Shown here: in pieces, positions 34,439 to 45,600 of the stretch
How the letters are laid out: every line of letters begins with the position of its first letter
Numbering within the stretch: position 1 is the first letter of the stretch
Assembly (NCBI GenBank): GCA_963835895.1
Contig: CAWIHC010000005.1
Span: 207,086-271,085, forward strand
DNA from: an uncultured Acidobacteriaceae bacterium
Lineage (GTDB): Bacteria; Acidobacteriota; Terriglobia; Terriglobales; Acidobacteriaceae
Direction of reading: 5' to 3'
Length of the DNA stretch: 64,000 bases
The notes under the pieces: model-generated
Seen by the model: the letters and a program-made list of their open reading frames with translations, nothing else
The model's database searches: none
Told to the model about the DNA's origin: nothing
Made by a program: the position numbers and the translations under genes

Positions 34439-35776
34439 TCAGAACGAAACGCCATAGGGAATCAGGCGATGCTCGTAGGCCTGCCGCTCAAGCTCCTCGC
34501 GGAAATCGGGATGAGCGATGGAGATGAGCGCCTGAGCACGCTCGGCGACCGACTTTCCCTTCAAGTTGACCATGCCGTATTCGGTCACGACGTACATCAC
34601 GTCGGAGCGCGGCGTGGTGACGATGTTGCCTGGCGTCAGGTTGAGTACGATCCGGCTGCGGCGCTCGCCCTGCTTGCAATAGGTGGATGAAAGACAGATG
34701 AAGGACTTGCCTCCCTTCGACGCATAGGCGCCGCGCACGAATTGCAGTTGTCCACCCGTGCCGCTAATATGGCGGTGGCCGTCCGACTCAGAGGCGGCCT
34801 GGCCCTGCAGGTCGATCTGGGTCGTGTTGTTGATGGAGACTACACGGTCGTTCCGCATGATGATGTGCGGTGAGTTGGTGTAGTCCACCTGGCTGCAGTA
34901 CATGTCGGAGTTGCGGTCGGCCAGCGCATACAGGGCCCTCGAACCGAGCGAAAAGGTGAAGACGATCTTGCCGGGGTCGAGCGTCTTTCTGGCGCCCGTG
35001 ATGCGGCCGGCCTTATACAGATCCCCGATGCCGTCGGTCAGCATCTCGGTGTGCACGCCAAGGTCGCGCACGCCGCTTTCCAGCAGCAGCGCGCAGACCG
35101 CGTTGGGCATGCCGCCGATGCCGATCTGCAGGCAGGCGCCGTCGTCGATCTCGCCCGCGATGAGTCGCGCAACGGCGCGGTCGATCTCGGTTGGCTGCGG
35201 ATTTGGGAGTTCCGCTGCCGGCTCGTGATCGCCTTCGACGATGAAATCCACCTCGCTCAGGTGGACGCCGTTCTCGTCTCCGTAGACGTACGGCAGCTCC
35301 CGGTTCACCTCGACGATGACCATCCTCGCGCTTTCCACGACCGCGCGGTGCCAGAGATTGGCGGCGCTGAAGTTGAAGTAGCCGTTCTCGTCCATCGGGC
35401 AGGTCTTCAGAATGGCGATGTCCACTGGGGCGAGAAAGCGGCGGTAGTAGTCCGGCACCTCGCCCAGGTTCAACGGCATATAGTGGCAGCGCCCGGCGTC
35501 GTGTCTCTTGCGGTCGTAGCCGGAGAAATGCCAACTGAACAGAAAAAACCGATTGCCTCCCGCATCGCCCTCCGCCACCGCCCGCGGCCTCATCGATAGG
35601 CAGGAGCGGATCTTTACGTTTTCGAGTCGCTCTCGCCTGGGCGGCGAGCGCTTTATCGAAGACGTCCGGCTGGCCGAGCCCGTGCCGTAATCGAGCCACA
35701 TGCCGGACCTGACGAAGGCCGCGGCCTGTTCGGGGGAGATGGTCTGCGCGGGAGCGCAAGCGATCCTCTTGGACAT
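34439..35776 (-). CDS. Acetyl-CoA hydrolase/transferase family (4-hydroxybutyrate CoA-transferase-like)
   Basis: LQIGIGGMPNAV, LGVHTEM, SINN, SGTGGQLQF, VTEYG, IAHPDFR; compensating frameshifts near 35640-35680. Confidence 0.92.
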   Translation of the reverse strand: MSKRIACAPAQTISPEQAAAFVRSGMWLDYGTGSASRTSSIKRSPPRRERLENVKIRSCLSMRPRAVAEGDAGGNRFFLFSWHFSGYDRKRHDAGRCHYMPLNLGEVPDYYRRFLAPVDIAILKTCPMDENGYFNFSAANLWHRAVVESARMVIVEVNRELPYVYGDENGVHLSEVDFIVEGDHEPAAELPNPQPTEIDRAVARLIAGEIDDGACLQIGIGGMPNAVCALLLESGVRDLGVHTEMLTDGIGDLYKAGRITGARKTLDPGKIVFTFSLGSRALYALADRNSDMYCSQVDYTNSPHIIMRNDRVVSINNTTQIDLQGQAASESDGHRHISGTGGQLQFVRGAYASKGGKSFICLSSTYCKQGERRSRIVLNLTPGNIVTTPRSDVMYVVTEYGMVNLKGKSVAERAQALISIAHPDFREELERQAYEHRLIPYGVSF

Positions 35777-36080
35777 GCGGGTAGCCTTTCTATGGGGGAG
35801 CGATCCAATAAAATGCCGAAGGGATTGCCTAAGAATGAATCACAGAGCAATTCTCGCACGATTTGACCGGTTGTTTGAAATCCCAGCGTGAGTCGTTCTA
35901 TTGGTTCGCCTTGCCGCCAGATTTCTTTCGGCTCCACGCAGAAATTAATTCAGACTGGGGCGAAGCTCCCGCGCTGTTACGCAGCGGATGAATTTAGAGC
36001 AAGCACCGGAGAATCTGGCGGAAACGGATGAGGAGCTGCGGATTCTTTAACCGATCCTCGGAGCCCCCGCGAAAATCCGC

Positions 36081-36114
36081 AGTATCTTTGGTGATACTTT
36101 TGGGGATACTTTTT
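36081..36114. repeat. Integrase arm-type sites (GATACTTTT direct repeats plus inverted AGTATC)
   Basis: agtatc tttg gtgatactttt gggga tacttttt, about 130-160 bp upstream of the tRNA 3' fragment. Confidence 0.6.
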
Positions 36115-36239
36115 CCCTGAATCGGGCGCTTCATGGTGCAGCCGGATGCTGTGTTAGATACCTGATTAAGCTGCTGTGGTAGTTGAATTTATGCAAGCAA
36201 TGCGCGTCGGTGCGCTTCCGTACAAACTGTGGAATAAGA

Positions 36240-36286
36240 GATTCCTAATCCCTTGGTTGGGGGTTCAAATCCCTCCGGGCCCACCA
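36240..36286 (+). tRNA. 3' half of tRNA-Arg(CCT), attachment-site duplicate, not an intact tRNA
   Basis: GA-TTCCTAA-TCCCT anticodon arm, GGGGG-TTCAAAT-CCCTC T-arm, CGGGCCC-A-CCA end; no 5' acceptor strand or D-arm upstream. Confidence 0.85.
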
Positions 36287-36980
36287 CGATTGCGCCCACC
36301 GAGATTCCATGGAGCAGCCGCTCGCGCTTCGTTCGCCCAGGCCTTTCCGCCCCGTCAAGTCAGCTACCTATTTTCCGGCGGCATGCTTCCGCTGGATGGG
36401 CTTGGCATGAACGCCGGCATCGTTGACTTGCGTTGTTTGGGCATACGCACGACTCCAAAGAGGGAATCGACCGGCAGGAGCGGTCCGGTTGTGCAGCGAG
36501 AGGCACTCTTCTAAACGGGATCGCTGGAACAGCGTCACCAATGGCTTGCGCACGGAACTTGGAGCCATGCTATTAAACGGGTTCAACCGAACACCATTCG
36601 TAGGTCGGCTTATAGCTTGCCGCCCTGACGATCTTCTCCCTCCTATAAAGGATGCCGCCGAACACGCCGCTGTAGCCGAGTTCCTTACCGCATTGCCCCG
36701 GCATAGCCGGGCTGGTTGCTCTTAACCGAAGGACTTTCGTACTCAGCGCGGGAAGGGAGCTCACGCCAGAAGGTTCGACTGGGCACTATCCATATAGGCC
36801 GGATTTCTACTGGCAGTTTTGATGGCACTTGGTACCTGGATAAGCTGCGGTCCATTGCGGACGACTGCGACAGTCGGATCGAAGTAAGTTATTCCAAATA
36901 AATAGGATAGTCTATGGAATTGCTGACAGAACTTGCAAATCATTGCAATGATGCTAAAAACTCATTTCGAGTCAGGTGCA

Positions 36981-37009
36981 TACAACCCGATCTGCCACCT
37001 CTCCGTCTA
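36981..37009 (+). promoter_or_regulatory. Possible ECF sigma promoter (TACAAC-N17-CGTCTA)
   Basis: AAC -35 and CGT -10 motifs with 17-bp spacer upstream of the YbhB gene. Confidence 0.35.
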
Positions 37010-37184
37010 ACCTTCGCTTCAGGGCAACCGGCCTTGGTTAGTTTAGTGGTAAACAAGCTCTGATTGCAACGCGCCGCGCGGGGATGTTTTTTCGACTGCG
37101 GAGCGAGGTGGTCTTGCGCAACGTGAATTTAGGCGATTAAGCTTGGCTGTCGCCTGGTTGCCAGGTTCGATGCGGGGAGACGCC

Positions 37185-37796
37185 ATGAAACAGGAAATGA
37201 GGGCGACCAGGACCCGGAAGGGCGCACGTGCGATTGTTGCCGCGGCGATAGCGTTTCTTGTCTGCCTGCTGGTTCTTCTGGTTCTGTGGCGACGGGAAAC
37301 TGCCTCGGCGCACGAGCAGGGCCGTGCAATTCTGCGCCTCGAAGGCACAAGCTTTACCAATGAAGGCGCAATTCCACGGCAATTCACTTGTGACGGGGCC
37401 GACGACTCGCCCGAGCTGCACTGGCCAAGCGCACCAGCGGGAACCAGGAGCTTTGCGATCGCTAATGAGCGATCCCGACGCCCCGATCGACTTTACGCAC
37501 TGGCTCGCCTACAACATTCAACCCGGCGTGCGCAGACTGGCCGAAGGAGCGTCGCCGCATGGAACTATGCCGCAAGGGTTCTGCCGAGGGGACCGAACAG
37601 CTTCGGCCGCCTCGGATATGGCGGTCCCTGCCCGCCGCCGGGAAAACCCCACCACTACGTGTTCCGGCTCTATGCGCTCGATGTCCTGCTCGCTTTGCCG
37701 CCCGGCGCGTCAAGGGAGCAACTGGAGTCCGCGATCGGCGGACACGTCCTGGCCGAGGGCCAATTGATCGGGGTCTATCGGCGGCCAAGCGAGTAA
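37185..37796 (+). CDS. YbhB/YbcL family (PEBP/Raf kinase inhibitor-like) protein with N-terminal TM, frameshifted
   Basis: FTCDGADDSPELHW, DPDAP, FTHWLAYNI, YGGPCPPPG, HHYVFRLYALD. Confidence 0.92.
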   Translation: MKQEMRATRTRKGARAIVAAAIAFLVCLLVLLVLWRRETASAHEQGRAILRLEGTSFTNEGAIPRQFTCDGADDSPELHWPSAPAGTRSFAIANERSRRPDRLYALARLQHSTRRAQTGRRSVAAWNYAARVLPRGPNSFGRLGYGGPCPPPGKPHHYVFRLYALDVLLALPPGASREQLESAIGGHVLAEGQLIGVYRRPSE

Positions 37797-38043
37797 GAGA
37801 AGCATTGGCTGTGAGCGGCGCTGCGTGCGACGTGCCGCTGGCGCACTGGTATGGAGCTTCAAGCGCAGCAGATTGCGGCTGCGTTCTCGGCTGGCGCCTA
37901 CAGCGCTTGGCTCAGAGAAGTTACAATCACAGTTTCCGGCGGGCTTTTGGCCCATTGATGTATCTTTTGCTTTGGTTGCGGCTGCGCCAGAGGGACGCGC
38001 GCAGACCGGCGAGCGGGACCACGGGGGAGTTCGGTTCTTGACG

Positions 38044-41000
38044 ATGGAGTTCCACATTTCGCGGAAGGCGCGGGAACGCTACGGGTTCGCGGAGTCGCTT
38101 TTTTCCTACAACGGCAACGTGATTCTGGCCAATATCTGCCGCCTGCCGCGAGTTCGCGCACCGCATGAACCAGGTGCGCGACGTGGAGAAGCATCCCGAG
38201 CAGGCCGTCCACGCCGGGCAGCTCTTCGCCATGGGGCTCATCGACGAAGCCAGCCACGTGCTCATGGCCCGCTATCGCGAGCAGTTCGATCCCCAGGTGA
38301 TGACCGCCGCGCTCGACTGGTTCGGCGCGCAGGTGGGCACCGACAACCTCGACAAGATGCTGCTCGTGTTTGTGGAGCAGTTTCCGGGGCAGAGCGTGAT
38401 GCGCGGCCTGGAGACGCCGGCGCAATGGCTTGCGGGCGAGACCGGCGGGAATGCCGCACCGCGCCGCCGCGCTCGAAGAGCTGCTTCTGCTCTGGTCGGC
38501 CAATCGCAATGAGGCGTTCAAGCCGTTTGAGGAGCTTTTCGAGGACCGCACGCTGGCGGAAAAGACCGTCTACCGGCAAGTGACGGCGCAGATGCCGGAG
38601 TATTTCGCCACGCGGCCGCTCATTCCGCTGCCGGGCGCCAAGGCGGTGAGCCTGCTCGATCTGTTGCGCGCGCCGGCGCTGCGCTCGCCGCGGTCGCTCA
38701 GCGATCAACTGGAGATCATTCGCCAGCTTTGGAAGCCGCTGCTCGGCGACAGCCTGGAGCGCTTCCTGCTGATGGCCGGCGAGATTCTGCGCGAGGAGGA
38801 ACTGGCCATCTGGGCGCAGTTCAACCCGCCGGGGACGCGGCGAGGGCCGCAGCAATGGCCATCGTTCGTGAGCCGCTCCGAGGTGCCGACCTTCGGCGAT
38901 CCGCTGCACGAATACGAGAGATTCTCGCCCGACATGGCCTGGATGCCCGGCGCGGTGCTGATCGCCAAGAGCACCTACGTGTGGCTGGCGCAGTTGAGCC
39001 GGCAATATGGCCGGCACATCGGCCGGCTCGACGAGATTCCCGACGAGGAGCTGGCCACGCTGGCGCATCGCGGCATCAATTCTCTGTGGCTCATCGGCGT
39101 GTGGGAGCGCAGCCGCGCCTCGAAGACCATCAAGCAGCTCTGCGGCAACCGCGATGCCGTGGCCTCGGCCTACTCGCTCTTCGACTATCGCATCGCCGAC
39201 GATCTGGGCGGCGAGCCGGCCTACATCAACCTGCGCGACCGCGCCTACCGGCACGGCATTCGCCTGGCCAGCGACATGGTGCCCAACCACATGGGCATCG
39301 ACTCGCCCTGGGTCATCGAGCATCCGGAGTGGTTCATCTCGCGCTGGGATTCGCCCTATCCCGCCTACAGCTTCAATGGCCCCGATCTCTCGCACGACGG
39401 CCGCGTGGAAATCAAGATCGAAGACCACTACTACGAGCAATCCGACGCCGCCGTGGTCTTCCGCCGCCGCGACAAGGCCACCGGCGAAACCCGCTACATC
39501 TATCACGGCAACGACGGCACCAGCTTTCCCTGGAACGACACCGCGCAGCTCGACTACCTGAATCCGGCGGTGCGCGAGCAGGTGATTCAGACCATCCTGC
39601 ATGTGGCGCGGCTGTTTCCCGTGATTCGTTTCGACGCCGCCATGACGCTGGCCAAGCGGCACTTTCACCGGCTGTGGTTTCCGGGCCCTGGATCGAGCGG
39701 CGCCATCCCTTCGCGCGCCGAGTACGGCATGAGCCAGGCGGAGTTCGACCGCGCCATGCCGCACGAGTTCTGGCGCGAGGTGGTCGATCGCGTGGCCGCC
39801 GAAGTTCCCGGCACGCTGCTGCTGGCCGAGGCGTTCTGGCTCATGGAGGGTTACTTCGTCCGCACGCTGGGCATGCATCGCGTGTACAACAGCGCCTTCA
39901 TGATCATGCTGCGCGACGAGGACAACGCCAAGTACCGCTCGGTCATCAAGAACACGCTCGAATTCGATCCCGACATCATGAAGCGCTACGTCAACTTCAT
40001 GAGCAATCCCGACGAGCGCACGGCGATCGACCAGTTCGGCAAGGGCGACAAGTGCTTCGGCGTCGCGGTGATGATGTCCACGCTGCCCGGCCTGCCCATG
40101 TTCGGCCACGGCCAGATCGAGGGATTCACGGAAAAGTACGGCATGGAGTACCGCTGGCCGCGCTACGAGGAAAATCCCGATCACTGGCTGGTGGAGCGCC
40201 ACGAGCGCGAGATTGCGCCGCTGCTCAAGCGCCGCTGGCTCTTTGCCGAGAGCGGCAACTTCCTGCTCTACGACTTCTTCGCTCCCAACGGCTCGGTGAA
40301 TGAGGATGTCTTCGCGTACTCCAACCGCAACGGCGGCGAGCGCGCCCTGGTGGTCTACCACAACCGCTACGCCAATGCGCATGGGACCATCGATTTCTCC
40401 GCCGCCTATGCCGACAAGGGATCGGGCCAGCTTCGCCAGCGGCGGTTGGCCGAGGGATTGGGCCTGAGCGGGGACCGTGGCGCCGTGGTTGCCTGGCGCG
40501 ACTCGCTCACCAGCCTGGAATATCTGCGCCGCGCCGAAGACTTGCTCGACCGCGGCCTCACCTTCGATCTCCACGCCTACCAGTGCCACGTCTTCCTCGA
40601 TTGGCACGAACTACAGCCCGACGGCGGAACAGCCCTGGGACCGGCTCTCGGACTGGCTCAACGGGCGCGGCGTTCCCAATCTTGCCGACGAGCTCGTCAA
40701 TCTGGAGCTGCAAGCCCGTGCACGATGCGCTGCGGCAGCTTCTGGATCCGGGTATGGTGCGGCACTTCGCCGATATTGCCGAGCATCCGCGCGCCGTGGG
40801 CGCAGAGCGAGCGAAGAAGATCGAGCGGCAACGGAACGAATTTCTGAAGCAGGCCTGGGTGCGCGGCGAGACCTTTCTGCGTGAGGCTCAAGCGGCCTAC
40901 GCGGCGCGGCTAAAGGCGGAGAACCAACGCGCGCTCGGAGGCGAGCCGGCCGAAGCAGCGTCGCAGGCGCAGAGATTTACGGAGCTTCTTCGCGCGGCCA

Positions 41001-41764
41001 TGCGCATGCCTCAGGTCGAGGCGCTCTTCCCGGCGCCTTGGACCGCCGCGGCGCGCCGCATGCTGCCCAGTCCAAGCCCGCAGTTCACGGCAACTGAGAT
41101 GTGGGGCCCGGTATTGGCCTGGTGCGCGCTCCAGTTGCTTGCCGAGTGGATCGATAAGGAGCAGCCCGAACGGACTGCGCTCGATCTTTTCGATCGGCTT
41201 CGCCTGCGCGAGCCATTTGCCCAAGCTTTTGCCGCGCTCGCGTTCGAGGGCGAAGAAGCATGGCGCGTGGCCGCGCGGATCAAGGTTCTGCTGCTGGCCA
41301 GCGCCGGCATCGGTAAAGTGCAGGAGCGGAGTTCGGCTGCTGAAGTCGGATCAGGAGTCGCTAAGGCGCCGACGACAGATGCAGCCACGTCCGATGCGTC
41401 GCAGGGGAGCGACGAGAAGGTGGCTCTTGCTCCGGCGCTATGGCTCGATCCAGACGTGCGCTGGCTGTGCGGCGTGCATGAGGCGGAGGGGCACATCTAC
41501 CTGATCCGCGAGCGCTACGAGGAGCTCCTCTGGTGGTTGCTGATGCCTTCGCTGCTGCGGCTCGCGGGCGAGTCCGCCCCGAGCCGTGCTGCTGTGGAGG
41601 AGTTGAGCAAGACGGTCGCGGCGGCATTGGCGTCGGCCGAAGCCGCGGGTTACCGCATCGATGCGCTGTTCGGCGCGAGCGAGGCCGAATTCGCCGAGGA
41701 AACTCCGAAACCGGTGCCGAAAGCGAAGCAGCGGATGAAGCGGGCGCGCAAGCCCAGAAAATAG
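38044..41764 (+). CDS. Large alpha-amylase family (GH13) protein with long N- and C-terminal extensions, frameshifted
   Basis: DMVPNH, RFDAAMTL (nucleophile), LAEAFW (acid/base), FMSNPDE, TLPGLPMFGHGQ. Confidence 0.9.
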
Positions 41765-41868
41765 GGCCAGAAACGACTTGAATCGACGGGCCACTGCGCT
41801 CGTTTTGTGCGGATTCTAGCTGGCCGGAGCTACAGCACACCCATTTGCTGTCGCGTATAAATCCAATC

Positions 41869-41896
41869 GTCACAGTCGAATGTGACCTCAGGCACA
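41869..41896. promoter_or_regulatory. CRP/Rex-like site TGTGA-N6-GCACA with overlapping GTCACA-N6-TGTGAC palindrome
   Basis: 41881-41896 tgtgacctcaggcaca is 9/10 to TGTGA-N6-TCACA; ~225 bp upstream of hoxE. Confidence 0.45.
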
Positions 41897-42120
41897 TCGA
41901 GATGTGATCGCCCAGGTTCATAGTTCCAACCGGACCTTCTGTGAGGAGAAGTCGAGTGCGTAGTTGTGTGTCCCGGCGGGGCCGGGTCGTGTAAGGCGGG
42001 TCATCCAGCGCGCATAGAGTACGGGCTTTTTCCTTCATTTTGTTCCTCCTCGCCGGAGGGTCCGTTGACGTCTGCCGGGCCCGGTGTCTGGAGTCCGCGC
42101 CGGCTGGGCAGGGAGGGAAC

Positions 42121-42674
42121 ATGGCAAGTGCCGCCCACGACGTCGCCCGTGAAAGCTCTTGATGCTCACGAGCGCCTGCTGATCGACCAGGCCATTGCCA
42201 AGCACGCAAACCGGCCCGGAGCCCTGTTGGGAATCCTGGAAGACGTGCAGGCCGCCAACTCGCACAAGTATCTCTCCATGGCGGCGTTGCGCTACATCTC
42301 CGACCGAACCGGCATCCCTCCATCGACGGTCTACAGCGCCACGACGTTTTACTCGCTCTTCAATCTCGATCCGCAGGGCGACAACGTGATCTGCGTCTGC
42401 CGCGGGACGGCCTGCCACACCCGCGGCTCGCGCATTCTGCTGGAGAAGCTCTGCCTCGATCTCGGCCTGAGCGAGCATGAGTCGGGCGATACCAAAGAGA
42501 CCGAGAAGCTGGCGCTCACCACCGCCGACAACCGGTTCACGCATCCGCACCGTCGCCTGCTTCGGCCAGTGCGCGCTGGCCCCGGTGGTTGAAGTGAACC
42601 ATCACATCCTGAGCCACGTGAATGAACGCACCTTGCAGCGCGAAGTGAAGGCTTTGACACAGGGGAGGAAGTGA
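42121..42674 (+). CDS. hoxE: NuoE/HoxE-like [2Fe-2S] diaphorase subunit, frameshifted
   Basis: LLGILEDVQ, ATTFYSLF, CVCRGTACHTRG, ACFGQCALAPVV. Confidence 0.85.
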
Positions 42675-45600
42675 TGCCGCGCATTCAGGACATCGGCGTA
42701 TTCAACGCGGTCCGCGAAACCGGGCTCGCCAAGCTGACGCCTGCCATTCCCCGCATCACCGTGAGCATGGGAACCTGCGGCCAGGGCAACGATGCCGAAG
42801 AGGTGTATCACGCCCTGTATGCAGCCATTGACCACAGCGGCCTCGACGTGATGCTCGCCGGCGTGGGCTGCTTCGGTTGTTGCTTTCAGGAGCCGCTGGT
42901 CAGCGTGCGCCTGCCCGGATACCCGATGGTCGTGCTCTCGCGCGTCCAGTCCAACGACGCAACGCGCATCCTCGAAGGCGTCTCTTCCGGCGTCATGCCC
43001 GCCGATCTCGTCTTTTGCAAAATCGAGGAGTGGGATCACATCACCGGGCACGTGCGTTACGGCCAGGGCTACCCTGAGATTCCGCTTTGGAATGCCATTC
43101 CGTTCTTCAAGGGCCAGAAGAAGATCGTGCTGCGCAATTGCGGCCTCATCAGTCCCTCCGACATCGAGGAGTACATCGGCGTCGGCGGCTACCAGGCGCT
43201 CTACAAGGTGCTCATCGACGGCCGCCCCGAGACGGTGATCGAGCAGGTGAAGGCCGCACGGCTGCGCGGCCGCGGCGGCGCCGGCTTCCTCACCGGCAAC
43301 AAATGGGATTACCTGTCCAAGGCCAAAGCCGACAACAAATACATCATCTGCAATGCCGACGAGGGCGATCCCGGCGCCTTTATGAACCGCAACGAGATCG
43401 AAGGCGATCCGCATTCGCTTCTCGAAGGCATGATCATCGGCGCCTACGCCACGGGCGCAACCGACGGCATCATTTATGTGCGCGCAGAATACCCGCTGGC
43501 CATCAGCCGCCTCAAGCGCGCCATCGAGCAGGCAAGGGAATACGGCGTGCTCGGCGCCAACATTCTGGGCCGCGGCTTCAACTTCGATATTGAGATCGTG
43601 CAGGGCGCGGGCGCATTTGTCTGCGGCGAGGAGACGGCCATGATCGCCTCGCTCGAAGGCCATGCCGGCCGGCCTCGTCCCCGCCCGCCCTATCCCGCGC
43701 AGAAGGGACTCTACGGCAAGCCCACCAACATCAACAACGTCGAAACCTGGTACAACATCGCGCCCATCGTCATGCGCGGCCCCGCCTGGTTTGCTGAAAC
43801 GGGCAGCGCCAAGAGCCCGGGAACCAAGGTTTTTTCGCTGGTGGGCAAGATCCACAACACCGGCCTGGTCGAAATGCCGCTGGGCACTCCGCTCAAGAGC
43901 TTCATCTACGACGTCGGCGAAGGCGCCATCAACGGCCGCAAGATCAAAGCCGTGCAGACCGGCGGGCCATCGGGCGGCTGCATCCCCGCCACCATGCTCG
44001 ACACGCCCGTCGACTACGAGAGCCTGGCCCAGCTCGGCTCCATCATGGGCTCCGGCGGCATGGTGGTGATGGACGAAGACAACTGCATGGTCGATGTGGC
44101 GCGTTACTTCATCGAGTTCACGCATCCCGAGTGCTGCGGCAAGTGCGTGCCTTGCCGGGTCGGGCTCGACAAGGCGCTGCGCATTTTGAAGGCCATTACC
44201 AAGGGCGACGGATCGCACGAGCTGCTGGAGCGGCTCGATGAGTTGTGCCGCATGGTCCGCGAGTGCTCGCTCTGCGGACTCGGCCAGTCCGCGCCCAATC
44301 CCGTGCTCACCACCATGCGGCATTTCCGCGAGGAGTACGAGGATCATATTGTTGCTCACCGCTGCCGCGCCGGCGTTTGCCAGGAACTCACGTTCTCTCC
44401 CTGCGAGAACAGTTGCCCGCTGCACATGAACATCCCCCGCTTCCTCACGCTCTATCAGGAGGGCCGGCTGGAAGATGCATTCGTGTCCGTCGTCCTCGAC
44501 AATCCCTTGCCCGCTTCGACGGGCCGCGTCTGCCAGCATCCCTGCGATAACCGCTGCCGCCGTCAATCGTTCGATGAAGCGTTGAACATGCGCGAGGTGC
44601 ACCGCTTCATTGCCGACGCGATCTACCAGTCGGACCGCTTCGCTCCCATGGTGGAACGAATTCTCGCCCGCAAGCTCCCCGCCACGGGCCGCAAAGTGGC
44701 CGTCGCCGGCGCCGGCCCAACCGGACTCACCGCCGCGTTCTACCTGGCCATGCTCGGCCATGACGTCACCGTCTTCGACGAGCACAGCGAAGCGGGCGGC
44801 ATGTTGCGCTTCGCCATTCCCGAATACCGGCTGCCCAAATCCGTTCTTCGCCGCGAGCTCGACCTCATCGAGGCCGCGGGCGTCAAGATGCAATTCAATA
44901 CGCGCGTGGGCGCCGATCTTCCGCTCAACGAACTCGCCGAAAAGTTCGATGCCGTCTTCATCGCCATCGGAACCTGGAAGGAATCCTGGCTCTACCTTGC
45001 GGGAACGGAGATGAAGAGCGTTTATCCCGCGCTGGAATTCCTCGAAGCGGTGGCGCGGAAAGACGAGATCATCGTGGGTTCTCGCGTTGCCATCGTTGGC
45101 GGCGGCAACGCGGCCATCGATTCCGCGCGCACCGTGCTGCGCATGGGCGCCCAGCCCACCATCCTCTACCGCCGCGAGCGCAAGGACATGCCGGCCATCG
45201 ACGAGGAGATTCAAGCCGCCGAGGAAGAAGGCGTGCGCTTTGTCTTTCTGGCCGCGCCGCATCGCATCATCGGCGATGCCAAAGGCAACGTGAAGGCCAT
45301 TGAGATTGTCAAGACGCGGCTGGGCGAATATGACAAGTCGGGCCGCCGCAGGCCGATCCCGACCGACGAGGTGCAGCGCTTCGAGTGCGACAGCGTAATT
45401 CTCGCCGTCGGCGAGACCTTCGATCAGGATTTCTGCCGCGCTTCAGGCCTGGAATTGAAGGAGTCCGGCACCATCATCGTCGACCGCTACACGTTTGAAA
45501 CCAGCCGGACGAATTTCTACGCCGGCGGCGACGTGATCACCGGCGCATCCAACGTCTCCAACGCCATGGGCTGCGGCAAACAGGCGGCCATGAACATCGA

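Noticed and set aside
36200-36286. Intact tRNA-Arg gene
   Set aside because: 5' acceptor strand and D-arm are absent and the anticodon stem 5' side is mismatched; treated as an att duplicate
36290-36905. Short ORFs just right of the att site
   Set aside because: No recognisable motifs or clear start signals; may be a decayed gene but cannot be supported
38262-40607. 781-aa minus-strand ORF
   Set aside because: Antisense shadow of the GC3-rich GH13 gene; no recognisable motifs
42602-45262. 886-aa minus-strand ORF
   Set aside because: Antisense shadow of hoxF::gltD caused by codon bias
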